DNA of 64,000 nucleotides, from contig CAWBRR010000014.1 of assembly GCA_963791215.1 (NCBI GenBank), forward strand, positions 502 through 64,501. The letters run 5' to 3'. Below the pieces are notes generated by a model. That model was given only the letters and a program-made list of their open reading frames with translations, made no database searches and had not been told where the DNA came from. This DNA comes from an uncultured Actinomycetota bacterium. Its GTDB lineage: Bacteria; Actinomycetota; Actinomycetes; Mycobacteriales; Mycobacteriaceae. A program made the translations under genes and the position numbers. Positions 42,091-51,500 of the stretch are shown here, piece after piece (the stretch's first letter is position 1; the number at the start of each line of letters is the position of its first letter).

Positions 42091-42774
42091 GTGGACTTCA
42101 ACGGCGAGCAACGCGATACGCCGCTGGGCACGGTCGCTCGTGGCGTAGCCAGCGCTCCGCTGTCGTTCGCGTGGCTGTTCGTGCTGTTCGTGACGACGCG
42201 GATTCAGCGCTTGGTCGGGCGAAGAGGCTCGAAACGCATTCAGCGCTGGCACTCGACCAACCTGCGCCGGCTGCGCACTCGGCCGTCGCGGGCGTTGACG
42301 GTGAGCCTGTTCTGGCTCGACGACCACAACTGGTGGCCATACGTGCCGGTGTTCGTCGGGGTGGTGGCTCCGGCCGAACGGCGATTGCGTTGGTGGCGTT
42401 GGCTTCTCGTCGGCTTTGCGGCGCACGTCATTGCGACGTATGTCGGCCAGGAATTCTTGCGGCAGTCGATCAACACGGGTAGGGCGCCGCGGCGGCTAGT
42501 GAACGCCCGTGACGTCGGCGTGAGCTACTTCCTCTTCGGAGTGGCGGGCGCGTTGTCGGGATACGTGGTGCGGCCGTGGCGATCCCGGTGCCAGCTGGCG
42601 GCCGTGGCCGCATTGGCGGCGAATGTCGCGGTGCGGCCGACCTTCACGGAGCTGGGTCACCTGACCGCGTTCGGCGTCGGGCTGGCGGCCGTGCAGCTGG
42701 TGCCAAACCGCGACGACGCGCCCTACCCGAGCGTCGGCCAAAGGGAGGCATCGTCGGAATTGCCCGCCTCGTAG
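42091..42774 (+). CDS. Actinobacterial rhomboid-like membrane protein
   Basis: STNLRRL, AHVIATYV, DVGVSY, FTELGHL. Confidence 0.8.
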   Translation: MDFNGEQRDTPLGTVARGVASAPLSFAWLFVLFVTTRIQRLVGRRGSKRIQRWHSTNLRRLRTRPSRALTVSLFWLDDHNWWPYVPVFVGVVAPAERRLRWWRWLLVGFAAHVIATYVGQEFLRQSINTGRAPRRLVNARDVGVSYFLFGVAGALSGYVVRPWRSRCQLAAVAALAANVAVRPTFTELGHLTAFGVGLAAVQLVPNRDDAPYPSVGQREASSELPAS

Positions 42775-43018
42775 CGAAAACGCCGTCCGACGCAACCGTC
42801 AGATGCCGAAGCCGCCGTCGCCCTCCATCACCGAACGGGCCATCGCCACCGACGTATCGCGCTGGTCGTGGATCGGCCGGTGTCGTTGGGCGTGCCCGTT
42901 CTCGACGAGAGGCTCCGACTGTTCCTCAGCGTCCGCGTGCGGGAGGACGCCTGCGTCCCCATTGGCCCGCGGAGCGTCAGCTCATGTTGACTGATCGACG
43001 TCGACCCAACCCTGCCAG

Positions 43019-43819
43019 CTAGTCCTGCACGGCCTTGGCGAGCGTGACGTACTTCGTCAGCGTGGCCGCGTCGTCACGGTCGAGTGCGCGGGCGGCTTCG
43101 CGGACTACCCGGACGATCACCCAGGCGCGGGCCCGGTCCTCGTCGCAGCCGGCCGCATTGATCAACGCGTAGAAGCGTTGTCGGACACCGTCACGAACCC
43201 AGCCCTCGAGTTCGTCCCACCGGCTCCACAACATCGGTGCGAGCTCGTAGTGCGGGTCGCCGTTTAGAGGCGTCGGAGAGATCGCCAGCCAAGGTTCGCG
43301 GTCGGCGGCCAGCACGTTGCCGTAGTGGAGGTTGCCGTGCAACACGCGGTCGGAGGGCTCGGCGGCCAGGTCGCGGCAAAGCGTGACGGCCTGCTCGACC
43401 AGTCGGTGCGGGATCGGCGCGCTGCGCGGCAAGTGAGCGAAGCCGTCGGCCCACTCCTCGAGATACGAAGTGAGCGTGCGTAGTTGGGGCATGGCGGGTA
43501 CGTGGAGCCGTCGATAGAGACCGGCAACGACCTCGCACGCCTCGATGTCCCACTGTGATTCGAGGGATTCCGGACGCAACCGTTCGAGCAGCACCGCGCG
43601 TCGGTGCGGATCGGCCCGCAGCAAGCGGACGGCGCCGTCGCCGCCCCAGCGTCGCAGCACCAGGTGCGCGTGCTCGGACCCGGGGTCGGACGTACTGACC
43701 TTCAGGATGGCCGCCGTACCGTCGGCGCGCACCGGGAGCACCGTCGCGCGCGAGGTCTGGATGGCGTCGCCGTCGGGGCTGAGGTCCCACTCGGCGACGA
43801 GGTCGTCGAGTTCGGTCAC
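43019..43819 (-). CDS. Aminoglycoside/hydroxyurea phosphotransferase family kinase (APH(6)-like)
   Basis: WGGDGAVRLL, LLERL, LHGNLHYGNVL, WLAISP, GDPHYELAP. Confidence 0.85.
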   Translation of the reverse strand: MTELDDLVAEWDLSPDGDAIQTSRATVLPVRADGTAAILKVSTSDPGSEHAHLVLRRWGGDGAVRLLRADPHRRAVLLERLRPESLESQWDIEACEVVAGLYRRLHVPAMPQLRTLTSYLEEWADGFAHLPRSAPIPHRLVEQAVTLCRDLAAEPSDRVLHGNLHYGNVLAADREPWLAISPTPLNGDPHYELAPMLWSRWDELEGWVRDGVRQRFYALINAAGCDEDRARAWVIVRVVREAARALDRDDAATLTKYVTLAKAVQD

Positions 43820-43972
43820 GCAATCAGCATCGCATCGCATTCGGCGGCCTCGCCGTCAGGTCGGGCACGCCAGCCTGTTTTGGGGGTTGCACTCAGGGGG
43901 CGCCTCGACTATAAAACTAATGCCCCGAGCACCTCGACCAAGGTAGCGGTGGTGTGTTGAAGCGGCGAAAGG

Positions 43973-44707
43973 GTGTTCCGAGCAAGGGGGGTATTCGTGC
44001 AGATTCGGCAGGACCACCTTCGGTCCTTCGTTGACACCACTGCGCAGCCACCCACCAACGGAGCAGCCGATACGGCGTCGGCCGATGGCGCATCCGAACG
44101 CGTTGGCTGGTTTCGTTTCTACTTCGACGACGATCGTTGGGAATGGTCACCCGAAGTGCAGAAGATGCACGGCTATCCACCCGACTCAGTGAGTCCGACA
44201 ACTCGATTAGTGCTGGCGCACAAGCACCCCGACGACTATCGACACGTCGCCGACAGCCTCGATGCGATCCGCCGTACCCGCCGCGCCTTCAGCAGTCGCC
44301 ACCGCATCTGCGACGTTCAAGGTCGCGTCCATCACGTTGTCGTCGTGGGTGAACAGCTCTACGGCGACGACGGCACGGTCATCGGAACCCACGGCTTCTA
44401 TATCGACGTGACACCGTCCGAAGAGGAGCGCCAACAGGAGGTGACCGAGGCGGTCGCGCAGATCGCGGAGAATCGCGCAGCGATCGACCAGGCGAAGGGC
44501 ATGCTGATGCTTGCCTATGGGATCGACGCACAGACAGCCTTCGAACTGCTGAGGTGGCGCTCCCAGCAGACCAACGCGAAGCTGCGGCTCCTCGCCGACC
44601 AACTGGTAGCAGACTTCACGGCTCTCGGCGGCGGCGAGACGTTGCCACCCCGGTCGGCGTACGACAACCTCCTGCTGACCGTCCACGAACGCATCACCCA
44701 GGTTTAG
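43973..44707 (+). CDS. PAS and ANTAR domain protein
   Basis: WEWSPEVQKMHG...HKHPDD (PAS_3); RAAIDQAKGMLM...AFELLRWRSQQTNAKLR (ANTAR). Start uncertain. Confidence 0.92.
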   Translation: MFRARGVFVQIRQDHLRSFVDTTAQPPTNGAADTASADGASERVGWFRFYFDDDRWEWSPEVQKMHGYPPDSVSPTTRLVLAHKHPDDYRHVADSLDAIRRTRRAFSSRHRICDVQGRVHHVVVVGEQLYGDDGTVIGTHGFYIDVTPSEEERQQEVTEAVAQIAENRAAIDQAKGMLMLAYGIDAQTAFELLRWRSQQTNAKLRLLADQLVADFTALGGGETLPPRSAYDNLLLTVHERITQV

Positions 44708-44808
44708 CGTCTCAACAGATCATCCGAGCATCCGGGCCACGCGTCGGTTCGACCGCGCAGGACATGACCACTGCAGCGTTCGATGTCGCCTCCGGCCGCC
44801 AGTCGTCG

Positions 44809-45873
44809 TCAAGAGTCCTTGCCGTGAGATCGCCGCAGTCTGCGGCCGCGTTCGACGTCCCCTTGCTCCTTGGCTTCGTTCTTCTTGCTGACCCGGTCGT
44901 CGCGAGGCGGCAACTGTAGGTCGCGTTCTGCGGCGATGCCCGCTTGTAGTTGCCGACCGCGTTCGAGTTCGGCGTCTAGTTCGGCGCCGAACAGCAACGC
45001 CAAGTTGGTGATCCACAGCCAGAGCAGGAAGACGATGACGCCAGCCAGTGCACCATAGGTCTTGTTGTAGCTGCCGAAGTTGGCGACGTAGAACCCGAAC
45101 AGCGCTGATGCCGAGATCCACACCAGGATTGCCACTGCGGCGCCAACGCTAATCCAACGAAACTTGGGCTGTTGGACGTTGGGCGCGGCGTAGTAGAGCG
45201 CAGCGACCGCCAGCACGACCAAGACCACCATGACCGGCCAACGGCCGACGCTCCAGGCGGTTTGTGCGACATCGCCCAATCCGACGACTGCGCCGATCGC
45301 CGACGCGACGGGTCCGCTGACCGCCAGCATGAACACCACCACAGCGGCCGACGAAAGACCGACCAACGTGAGCAGCAGCTGAATTGGCCTGAGCTTCCAG
45401 ACCGGTCGGCCTTCCTCCACTTCGTAGATCCGGTTCATCGCGCGGCCGAACGCGCCGATGTACCCCGAGGCCGACCACAGCGCGCCCAGAATGCCGACGA
45501 TCAGCGCGACGCCCGCCGACGGGGACTCGACGAGCTGCTCGATCGGTGCCCGGAGCGTGTCAACTGCCGACGCCGGTCCGACGTCGTCGATTATCTGTAG
45601 TAGCGCGTCGGTGGTGCGTTGCCCTTGTCCGAACACGCCCAGCAACGAGACCACCACCACCAAGGCGGGGAACAGAGATAGGACCGCGTAGTAGGTCAGC
45701 GCTGCCGCGAGGTCCGTGCACTGGTCGGTGCCGAATTCTCGTACCGTCTTGCGCAAGACGTACAACGCGGACGGCTTGCTCAGGTCCGTGGGCGACTCGG
45801 GCTTGGACGGATCGTCGGGGTCGGGTGCCGTGTCTGCGTTGCCGGATCCCGCTTCGGTCAACTGCCGGGCCAT
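44809..45873 (-). CDS. YihY/virulence factor BrkB family membrane protein
   Basis: DLAAALTYYAVLSLFP, ALWSASGY, YNKTYGALAGVIVFLLWLW...GAEL. Confidence 0.92.
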   Translation of the reverse strand: MARQLTEAGSGNADTAPDPDDPSKPESPTDLSKPSALYVLRKTVREFGTDQCTDLAAALTYYAVLSLFPALVVVVSLLGVFGQGQRTTDALLQIIDDVGPASAVDTLRAPIEQLVESPSAGVALIVGILGALWSASGYIGAFGRAMNRIYEVEEGRPVWKLRPIQLLLTLVGLSSAAVVVFMLAVSGPVASAIGAVVGLGDVAQTAWSVGRWPVMVVLVVLAVAALYYAAPNVQQPKFRWISVGAAVAILVWISASALFGFYVANFGSYNKTYGALAGVIVFLLWLWITNLALLFGAELDAELERGRQLQAGIAAERDLQLPPRDDRVSKKNEAKEQGDVERGRRLRRSHGKDS

Positions 45874-46148
45874 TCGCCGGTCGCCTTTTCGAACAGCCGC
45901 GCACCTTGTCGATCGATGACCGCCTTCACCACCGAGAAGATGGCGCCCTGAATGGCGGCAGCGATCAGTATCTCGCGAAACGCATATTCGCTTTGCAGCG
46001 CCCCGGGCGGGTCGGACCGCGGGCCGGGCGCCGCGCGACGCCACACCTGTTTGAAGATCACGCCGGCCAGCAGGCCGCCGACCACTGAACTCACTAGACC
46101 TACGGGGCGGTACAGGATCTTGGCAGCGGTGCTGGGTTGATTCGTCAT
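45858..46148 (-). CDS. DUF4235 domain protein
   Basis: AKILYRPVGL...FKQVWRR...ATGEWPG. Confidence 0.85.
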   Translation of the reverse strand: MTNQPSTAAKILYRPVGLVSSVVGGLLAGVIFKQVWRRAAPGPRSDPPGALQSEYAFREILIAAAIQGAIFSVVKAVIDRQGARLFEKATGEWPGS

Positions 46149-46183
46149 CGTGGTTCCTCGATTCGTGTGCGGTCAATCGGTGG

Positions 46184-46540
46184 TCAACGCCGGCGACGCC
46201 ACCACACGAAGCCGATGACCGCGGTGACGGCGACCACCGCGGCAACCGGCACCACGGGCTTGACCGAGCCAACATCGTCGGTCACGGCGGCACGCGCGGT
46301 GGTTCGTGCCGCGCGGGCCTTCTCGACGATGACGTCGCGGCCCAGTTGGGCCTTCTCGACCACGCGGTCCTTGGTGTCGGATGCCTTCTGCTTGGCTCGG
46401 CCGGTCACGTCGACCTTGGCCGCCAAGGCTTCCACGGTCTCGCCGAGCTCCTTCCGCGTCTTGTCGATGTCGGCCTGAATCTCCTCGATCCCGGCGTCGG
46501 GTCCAGGCTCGGGGGTAGCTGCGGGATGCTCAGTGCTCAT
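46184..46540 (-). CDS. DUF3618 domain protein
   Basis: IQADIDKTRKELGETVEALAAKVDV; C-terminal TM helix and RRRR. Confidence 0.88.
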   Translation of the reverse strand: MSTEHPAATPEPGPDAGIEEIQADIDKTRKELGETVEALAAKVDVTGRAKQKASDTKDRVVEKAQLGRDVIVEKARAARTTARAAVTDDVGSVKPVVPVAAVVAVTAVIGFVWWRRRR

Positions 46541-46937
46541 GGCGGGCCTCCTTGACCTCTTCGATGTCTCTTTTGACGTTGGCGACGGTCCTGTCCGGGG
46601 TGGGGGAGACCTCCCCGAGTTCCTTCTTGCCCCTCAACGCCGCGATGCCGGCGATTGCGAAGAGGATCAGCGCGACGATCAAGGCGGAGGCCCACACCGG
46701 CAGCACCAGTGCGAGCGCCGCGATGGCGGCGGCAACCAAGCTGCCCGTGCCGAATGCGACCGCGGCACCCGCCACGCTGAATAGCCCGGCGCCGATGCTC
46801 GCATGCTTGGCCGCCTCGACGAATTCGCGTTGCGCCAAGCGCATTTCGTCGCGGATCAAGTGAGTGGTTTGTGCCGACAGGCGGGCCACCAGTTCACCGA
46901 CGGGCAGGTCCCCGGCGGACTCGGGTTCGACGTTCAT
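46530..46937 (-). CDS. Actinobacterial holin-X (phage holin family) membrane protein
   Basis: VGELVARLSAQTTHLIRDEMRLAQRE, two TMs, PDRTVANVKRDI; AGGAG RBS. Confidence 0.88.
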   Translation of the reverse strand: MNVEPESAGDLPVGELVARLSAQTTHLIRDEMRLAQREFVEAAKHASIGAGLFSVAGAAVAFGTGSLVAAAIAALALVLPVWASALIVALILFAIAGIAALRGKKELGEVSPTPDRTVANVKRDIEEVKEARHEH

Positions 46938-47014
46938 GAGCTCCTCCGAATCGTGGACGTTCCGTGGCGTCGGACGCTGCCAGAAGCTGGGGCGGAACCG
47001 GCGTTGGCGCCGAG

Positions 47015-47040
47015 ATGCCCCGTATTGACGCCAGCCAAAC
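47015..47040 (-). promoter_or_regulatory. SigF-like promoter for the holin-X/DUF3618/DUF4235/YihY operon
   Basis: Minus strand GTTT-N16-GGGCAT. Confidence 0.55.
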
Positions 47041-47165
47041 AAGTCAGCCCGTGCAGGTCCCGGCGGACACGGTTTGGGCCGTAGCCCGATGGCATCCCGA
47101 CGCGAGGCGACCAACGACCACGCGCCGTCCGTGGATCGACCGCTGAGGGAGCGCTGCGCCCGGTC

Positions 47166-48626
47166 TCACGCAGTGACACAGATGTTCTGCAGAGTCGGAT
47201 CGGCCGGATCGGGCAGCGTCATTCCGGCTGCCAGTCCTGAACGCAGGTAGTCGATCACCGCGTCGTTGAGTCGTTCGCCGGGAACGACTGCCGGAATGCC
47301 CGGTGGATACGGGGTGATCTGCTCGGCCGCGATGCGCCCAGCGGCCTTGCCTGCCGACACCATTTCGGTGGGGCCGAAGAACGCGTCGCGTGGCAGCACC
47401 GCCGTTTCGAGTTCGAGTTCGGCGGGGTCGGGCAGGGCGATGGGAGTCGTCACCTCGAAGTCCTTGATCGCTGCCCGCAAGTCGACGAGGGCCCCGAGCA
47501 AGAGTCGAGCGGAGTCGACGTCGTCGGCGAAGGACAGCGTCGCCAAGATGCGGCGATGATCCGACATTCCGACGTCGACGAAACGGTGCTCGCGCAGCCA
47601 GTCGGCCGCCTGATACCCGGATGCGCCAGCGCGCGATACGTCGATGAGCACCTGGAGTCGGTCGAGATCGTGTGAGGCCTCCGCACCCATGAGCTCGTCG
47701 TCCAGCACCGAGAAGCCCTCGATGTCCTCGATACTGGCGCGCACTTCGCTGGCCAACGCCAGTGCGCCGTCGAACAGCGCTCGGCCGCGTTCAACCATCT
47801 GACGACGCCATCCGTCCAACGCGGCATACACCATCACGTTTGGGCTGGTGGTCATCAGCAAATCGGCACACTTCGAAAGGCGATGTTCGTCGACGAGGTC
47901 GCCCTGCAGGTGAAACACCGATCCCTGCTCGAAGCCTGCGCCCATCTTGTGCACGCTCACCACACAGACGTCGGCTCCAGCGTCCATCGCCCACGTCGGC
48001 AGCCCAGCGTGGAATGGAAGGTGAGCTCCCCACGCCTCGTCGACGATCAACGGCTTGCCCCTGGCGTGGCAGATCTCGGCAATACGGGTCAGGTCGGCGC
48101 ACGTGCCATACGGGCTGGGACTCACGATCAACGCGCCCGCCGCGTCCGGGTACCGCTCCCACGCCTCATCGACCTGCTGGGGTGAGGGGGGATGAGACAG
48201 GTGATGGGCGACATCCCATCGCGGAGAAATCCAACGGGGCTGCAGACCCGAGAAGATCAATCCGGCGACGACCGACTTGTGGCTGTCACGGCCCAGCAAC
48301 AGCCCACCGCCAACGTGCCCAGCGACGGCCATCATCGCGGCCTTGACCGATAGCGAGCTGCCACACGTCGAAAAGAAGGCGCTCTCGGCTCCGACGGCGT
48401 CAGCCATGAGCTCCTCGGCGCGCGCTAGGTAACGCCCCTGACTGCGTCGATCGTCCAACCCGCCGCTGGCCAGCACGTCGTCACGAAACGGTTCACGGCC
48501 CATCACCGACAGAACGCGTTCGTCGGTACCCCGGCCCTGCCGGTGTCAAGGCGGCGTGAAGCCATATCTGCCTAGCCGGTGATAGTCGGCCAGGGCGTCC
48601 AACAACGGCGCCTGCGAATGATCCAC
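47166..48626 (-). pseudogene. Orn/Lys/Arg decarboxylase (PLP) with in-frame TGA at 48546-48548
   Basis: VDHSQAPLLDAL...FTPP*HRQGRG (normally PPGH); RDSHKS, VDEAWGAH, SVHK, TTSP, PYPPGIP. Confidence 0.85.
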
Positions 48627-48710
48627 CTGCGATTAGTACCCACTCGACGACCCACCCAATGCAATCGCGATGACAAGAGGGGGTTGGCATCGCGGCCATG
48701 GCGCACACGG

Positions 48711-48734
48711 GTTTCGACGAGTGTTCCTGGGGTA
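48711..48734 (+). promoter_or_regulatory. SigF-like promoter
   Basis: GTTT-N15-GGGTA, 32 nt upstream of the dehydrogenase ATG. Confidence 0.7.
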
Positions 48735-48766
48735 GCTCGTAGGGAGGACTACCGAAGGAGTGCGGG

Positions 48767-49948
48767 ATGAAGGCAGTGACTTGGCACGGCAAACGCGACG
48801 TCCGCGTCGAGACCGTGCCCGATCCCAAGCTCGAGGAGGGCACCGACGCGATCATCGAGGTGACCTCGACCAACATCTGCGGGTCGGACCTTCATCTCTA
48901 CGAAGTACTTGGCGCCTTCATGAAGCCCGGCGACATCCTGGGGCACGAGCCGATGGGCATCGTTCGCGAAGTCGGTGCGGACGTGGACAATCTTGCCGTC
49001 GGCGACCGGGTGGTCATCCCGTTTCAAATCTCCTGCGGACATTGCTTCATGTGCGATCGGGAGCTCTACACGCAATGCGAGACGACGCAGGTCCGCGATC
49101 ACGGCATGGGGGCGGCGCTGTTTGGCTACTCGGAACTCTACGGCGAAGTTCCTGGTGGTCAGGCCGAATACCTGCGGGTGCCCCAAGCCCAGTTCACGCA
49201 CATCAAAGTGCCTGCCGGACCACCTGATTCACGCTTCGTCTATCTGTCCGACGTCCTTCCCACCGCGTGGCAGGCAGTCGTGTACGCCGACATCCCCAAG
49301 GGCGGCTCGGTCACCGTGCTCGGCCTTGGCCCGATCGGCGACATGGCGGCACGGATCGCCCATCACATGGGCTACCGCGTGATCGGAGTCGACCGAGTAC
49401 GTGAAAGATTGGCTCGGACAGCGTCGTTCGGGATCCAGACCATCAACTTCGACGAGCTGGACTATCCGGTTGGTGAAGCCGTCCGCTCGATGACCGACGG
49501 GCGCGGCACCGACTCGGTGATCGACGCCGTGGGCATGGAGGCTCACGCCTCTCCGGTGGCGAAGGCCGCACAACAGTTGACGGCGCTGCTGCCGGACGTC
49601 GTTGCCAAACCCCTGATGCAGAAGGCGGGTGTGGATCGGCTGGCTGCGTTGAACTCCGCGATCGACATCGTTCGCCGCGGCGGCACGATCTCGCTGATCG
49701 GTGTGTACGGGGGGATGGCGGACCCCTTGCCGATGCTGACGCTCTTCGACAAGCAGATCCAGCTGCGGATGGGGCAGGCCAACGTCAAGCGTTGGGTGGA
49801 CGACATCATGCCGCTGCTGACCGACGACGACCCTCTCGGCGTCGACTCCTTCGCCAGCCACGTTGTGCCACTGGACGACGCGCCGCACGCCTATGAGATC
49901 TTCCAGAAGAAGCAGGACGGCGCGGTGAAGGTGATGCTCAAGCCCTGA
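48767..49948 (+). CDS. Zinc-dependent alcohol/formaldehyde dehydrogenase-like MDR
   Basis: ICGSDLH, GHEPMG, CGHCFMC...C, SDVLPTA, GLGPIG. Confidence 0.95.
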   Translation: MKAVTWHGKRDVRVETVPDPKLEEGTDAIIEVTSTNICGSDLHLYEVLGAFMKPGDILGHEPMGIVREVGADVDNLAVGDRVVIPFQISCGHCFMCDRELYTQCETTQVRDHGMGAALFGYSELYGEVPGGQAEYLRVPQAQFTHIKVPAGPPDSRFVYLSDVLPTAWQAVVYADIPKGGSVTVLGLGPIGDMAARIAHHMGYRVIGVDRVRERLARTASFGIQTINFDELDYPVGEAVRSMTDGRGTDSVIDAVGMEAHASPVAKAAQQLTALLPDVVAKPLMQKAGVDRLAALNSAIDIVRRGGTISLIGVYGGMADPLPMLTLFDKQIQLRMGQANVKRWVDDIMPLLTDDDPLGVDSFASHVVPLDDAPHAYEIFQKKQDGAVKVMLKP

Positions 49949-50039
49949 ACCCGTGCTCGAGGTCTCCGCGCACCGCGAGAATCGGTGAGAGTGGCTGACC
50001 CTTCTTTACTTTCGCCAGATCGGCGACGTCCGTTCGGCT

Positions 50040-50669
50040 TCAATCTCGAGCGGAACGCCGTATGACGCGGTAGCGCAGGTGGGCCACGCCCGGAGCCTCG
50101 AGTACGCGGACGAGCTCGAGCTTCGGCTCGCCGGCCTTCAGGCCGTCAAGCAGACGCTCACCCGATCCGAGGATCACCGGACTCACTTGAAGGTCGATCT
50201 CGTCGACGAGGCCAGCCTCGATCGCCTGCCGGGCGCAGGAGGCTCCCCCGGCGATGGAGATGGCCCGGCCCCCGGCCACCGCCTCGGCCTGGGCATACGC
50301 CGCCTCGATCCCCTCGGTGACGAAGTGAAAGGTGGTCCCACCCTGCATCTCGATTTGGTCGCGCGCGTAGTGAGTGAGCACGAACACCGGGCATCGGTAC
50401 GGCGGAACCTCGCCCCACCATCCGTTCCAGTCCGAATCGGCCCACTCGCCGCGTATCGGGCCGAACATGTTGCGGCCCATGATCGTCGCCCCGATGCCGT
50501 CCATCATGTCGGAGACCACCTGCCGGTTCACCGGATGGTCCTTGGCGGGGCCGAGGTGCCAGTGGTGAAGACTTTCGCCGCCAACACCGAGCGGGTGGTC
50601 CGCGCTCTGGTTGGGCCCGGCGACGTAGCCGTCGGCGGAGATGGACATCGAAAGATTGGTTCTGGTCAC
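50040..50669 (-). CDS. Dihydrofolate reductase/RibD C-terminal family protein
   Basis: SISADGYVAGP, IMGRNMF, PVFVLTH, AGGA, GLVDEI, PVILGSG. Confidence 0.9.
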   Translation of the reverse strand: MTRTNLSMSISADGYVAGPNQSADHPLGVGGESLHHWHLGPAKDHPVNRQVVSDMMDGIGATIMGRNMFGPIRGEWADSDWNGWWGEVPPYRCPVFVLTHYARDQIEMQGGTTFHFVTEGIEAAYAQAEAVAGGRAISIAGGASCARQAIEAGLVDEIDLQVSPVILGSGERLLDGLKAGEPKLELVRVLEAPGVAHLRYRVIRRSARD

Positions 50670-50823
50670 AGCGCCTCCGTGATCGGGCGGACGAGTCCGT
50701 TGAGCGTTTCTAGGGCAGACTGCGGCGTCCGGCGAAATTCATCGACCTAGGCACGCACTCTGCCACGCACCCCCGGCACCCCGAAGTTCCGGGTCCGATC
50801 GGTCGATAGAAATTTGCTCCGGT

Positions 50824-50848
50824 GTTTCGAGTTCTGGCACCGGGGTAC
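50824..50848 (+). promoter_or_regulatory. SigF-like promoter
   Basis: GTTT-N15-GGGTAC. Confidence 0.65.
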
Positions 50849-50965
50849 CTAGTCACCGCACGAGAGGGACGGGGCGGATTCGCCCGACCTCTACAGGCTA
50901 GAAACCACTGGCCCGCGCAACTCAGTAGCCGGCCATCACTGGCCGACCAATTTAGGAGTACATGC

Positions 50966-51271
50966 ATGCGGACATTCATTGCCACCAGCGCGACGGCCAT
51001 CACCCTTCTGCTCGGCGGCGCGGGGGTCGCCCACGCCACCGCTCCGGTGGCCCCGGCACCGGCCGCGACCTCGAGCGTGACGACGTTGGCAGACGATAAC
51101 GACATCACCAACAACGACGACCACGGTGACAAGACCGGACTGTGGGGGCTTGCCGGCCTGCTGGGCTTGATCGGCCTCGCCGGGCTGAAGCGTCGCAATG
51201 CCCACGATGCGGCCAGGTTCCCGGCCGCTCCAGGTACCGTCGCGGGCGGCCCCGTCGGGCCTCGCGCCTGA
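50966..51271 (+). CDS. WGxxGxxG family small exported/membrane-anchored protein
   Basis: AGGAG RBS, signal peptide, DKTGLWGLAGLLGLIGLAGLKRR. Confidence 0.88.
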   Translation: MRTFIATSATAITLLLGGAGVAHATAPVAPAPAATSSVTTLADDNDITNNDDHGDKTGLWGLAGLLGLIGLAGLKRRNAHDAARFPAAPGTVAGGPVGPRA

Positions 51272-51289
51272 TCAGCACAGTTTGAGCCA

Positions 51290-51324
51290 AACGCCCCGTC
51301 AGCGTGTTGCGCTGACGGGGCGTT
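51290..51324 (+). terminator. Stem-loop after the WGxxGxxG gene
   Basis: AACGCCCCGTCAGCG-TGTTG-CGCTGACGGGGCGTT. Confidence 0.75.
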
Positions 51325-51500
51325 CGGTGCGATTGGTCTTCGTCGGGCCACCGCGAGCCAACCCGACAGTCACTTCTTCACAGACGTGCGCCGAGGGCAC
51401 CGGCGCAGACCAAGCTTCAATCCGACTACCCGCACAGCCTGATTGACAGCGAATGCTCAGTCAGTAGACGCCAAGTTTGCAGACTGCAAGCCGTGGCAGC

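Noticed and set aside
43019..43819. Acquired streptomycin resistance gene
   Set aside because: Generic APH(6)-like family member with Asn/Ser where catalytic Asp residues are expected (HGNLH, AISP) and no mobile context.
46530..46937. Holin as evidence of a prophage
   Set aside because: Holin-X with DUF3618/DUF4235/YihY is a common chromosomal actinobacterial operon, and there are no phage structural genes nearby.
48546..48548. Selenocysteine recoding of the TGA
   Set aside because: The aligned residue is a conserved Gly, not Cys, and no evident SECIS-like context was recognised.
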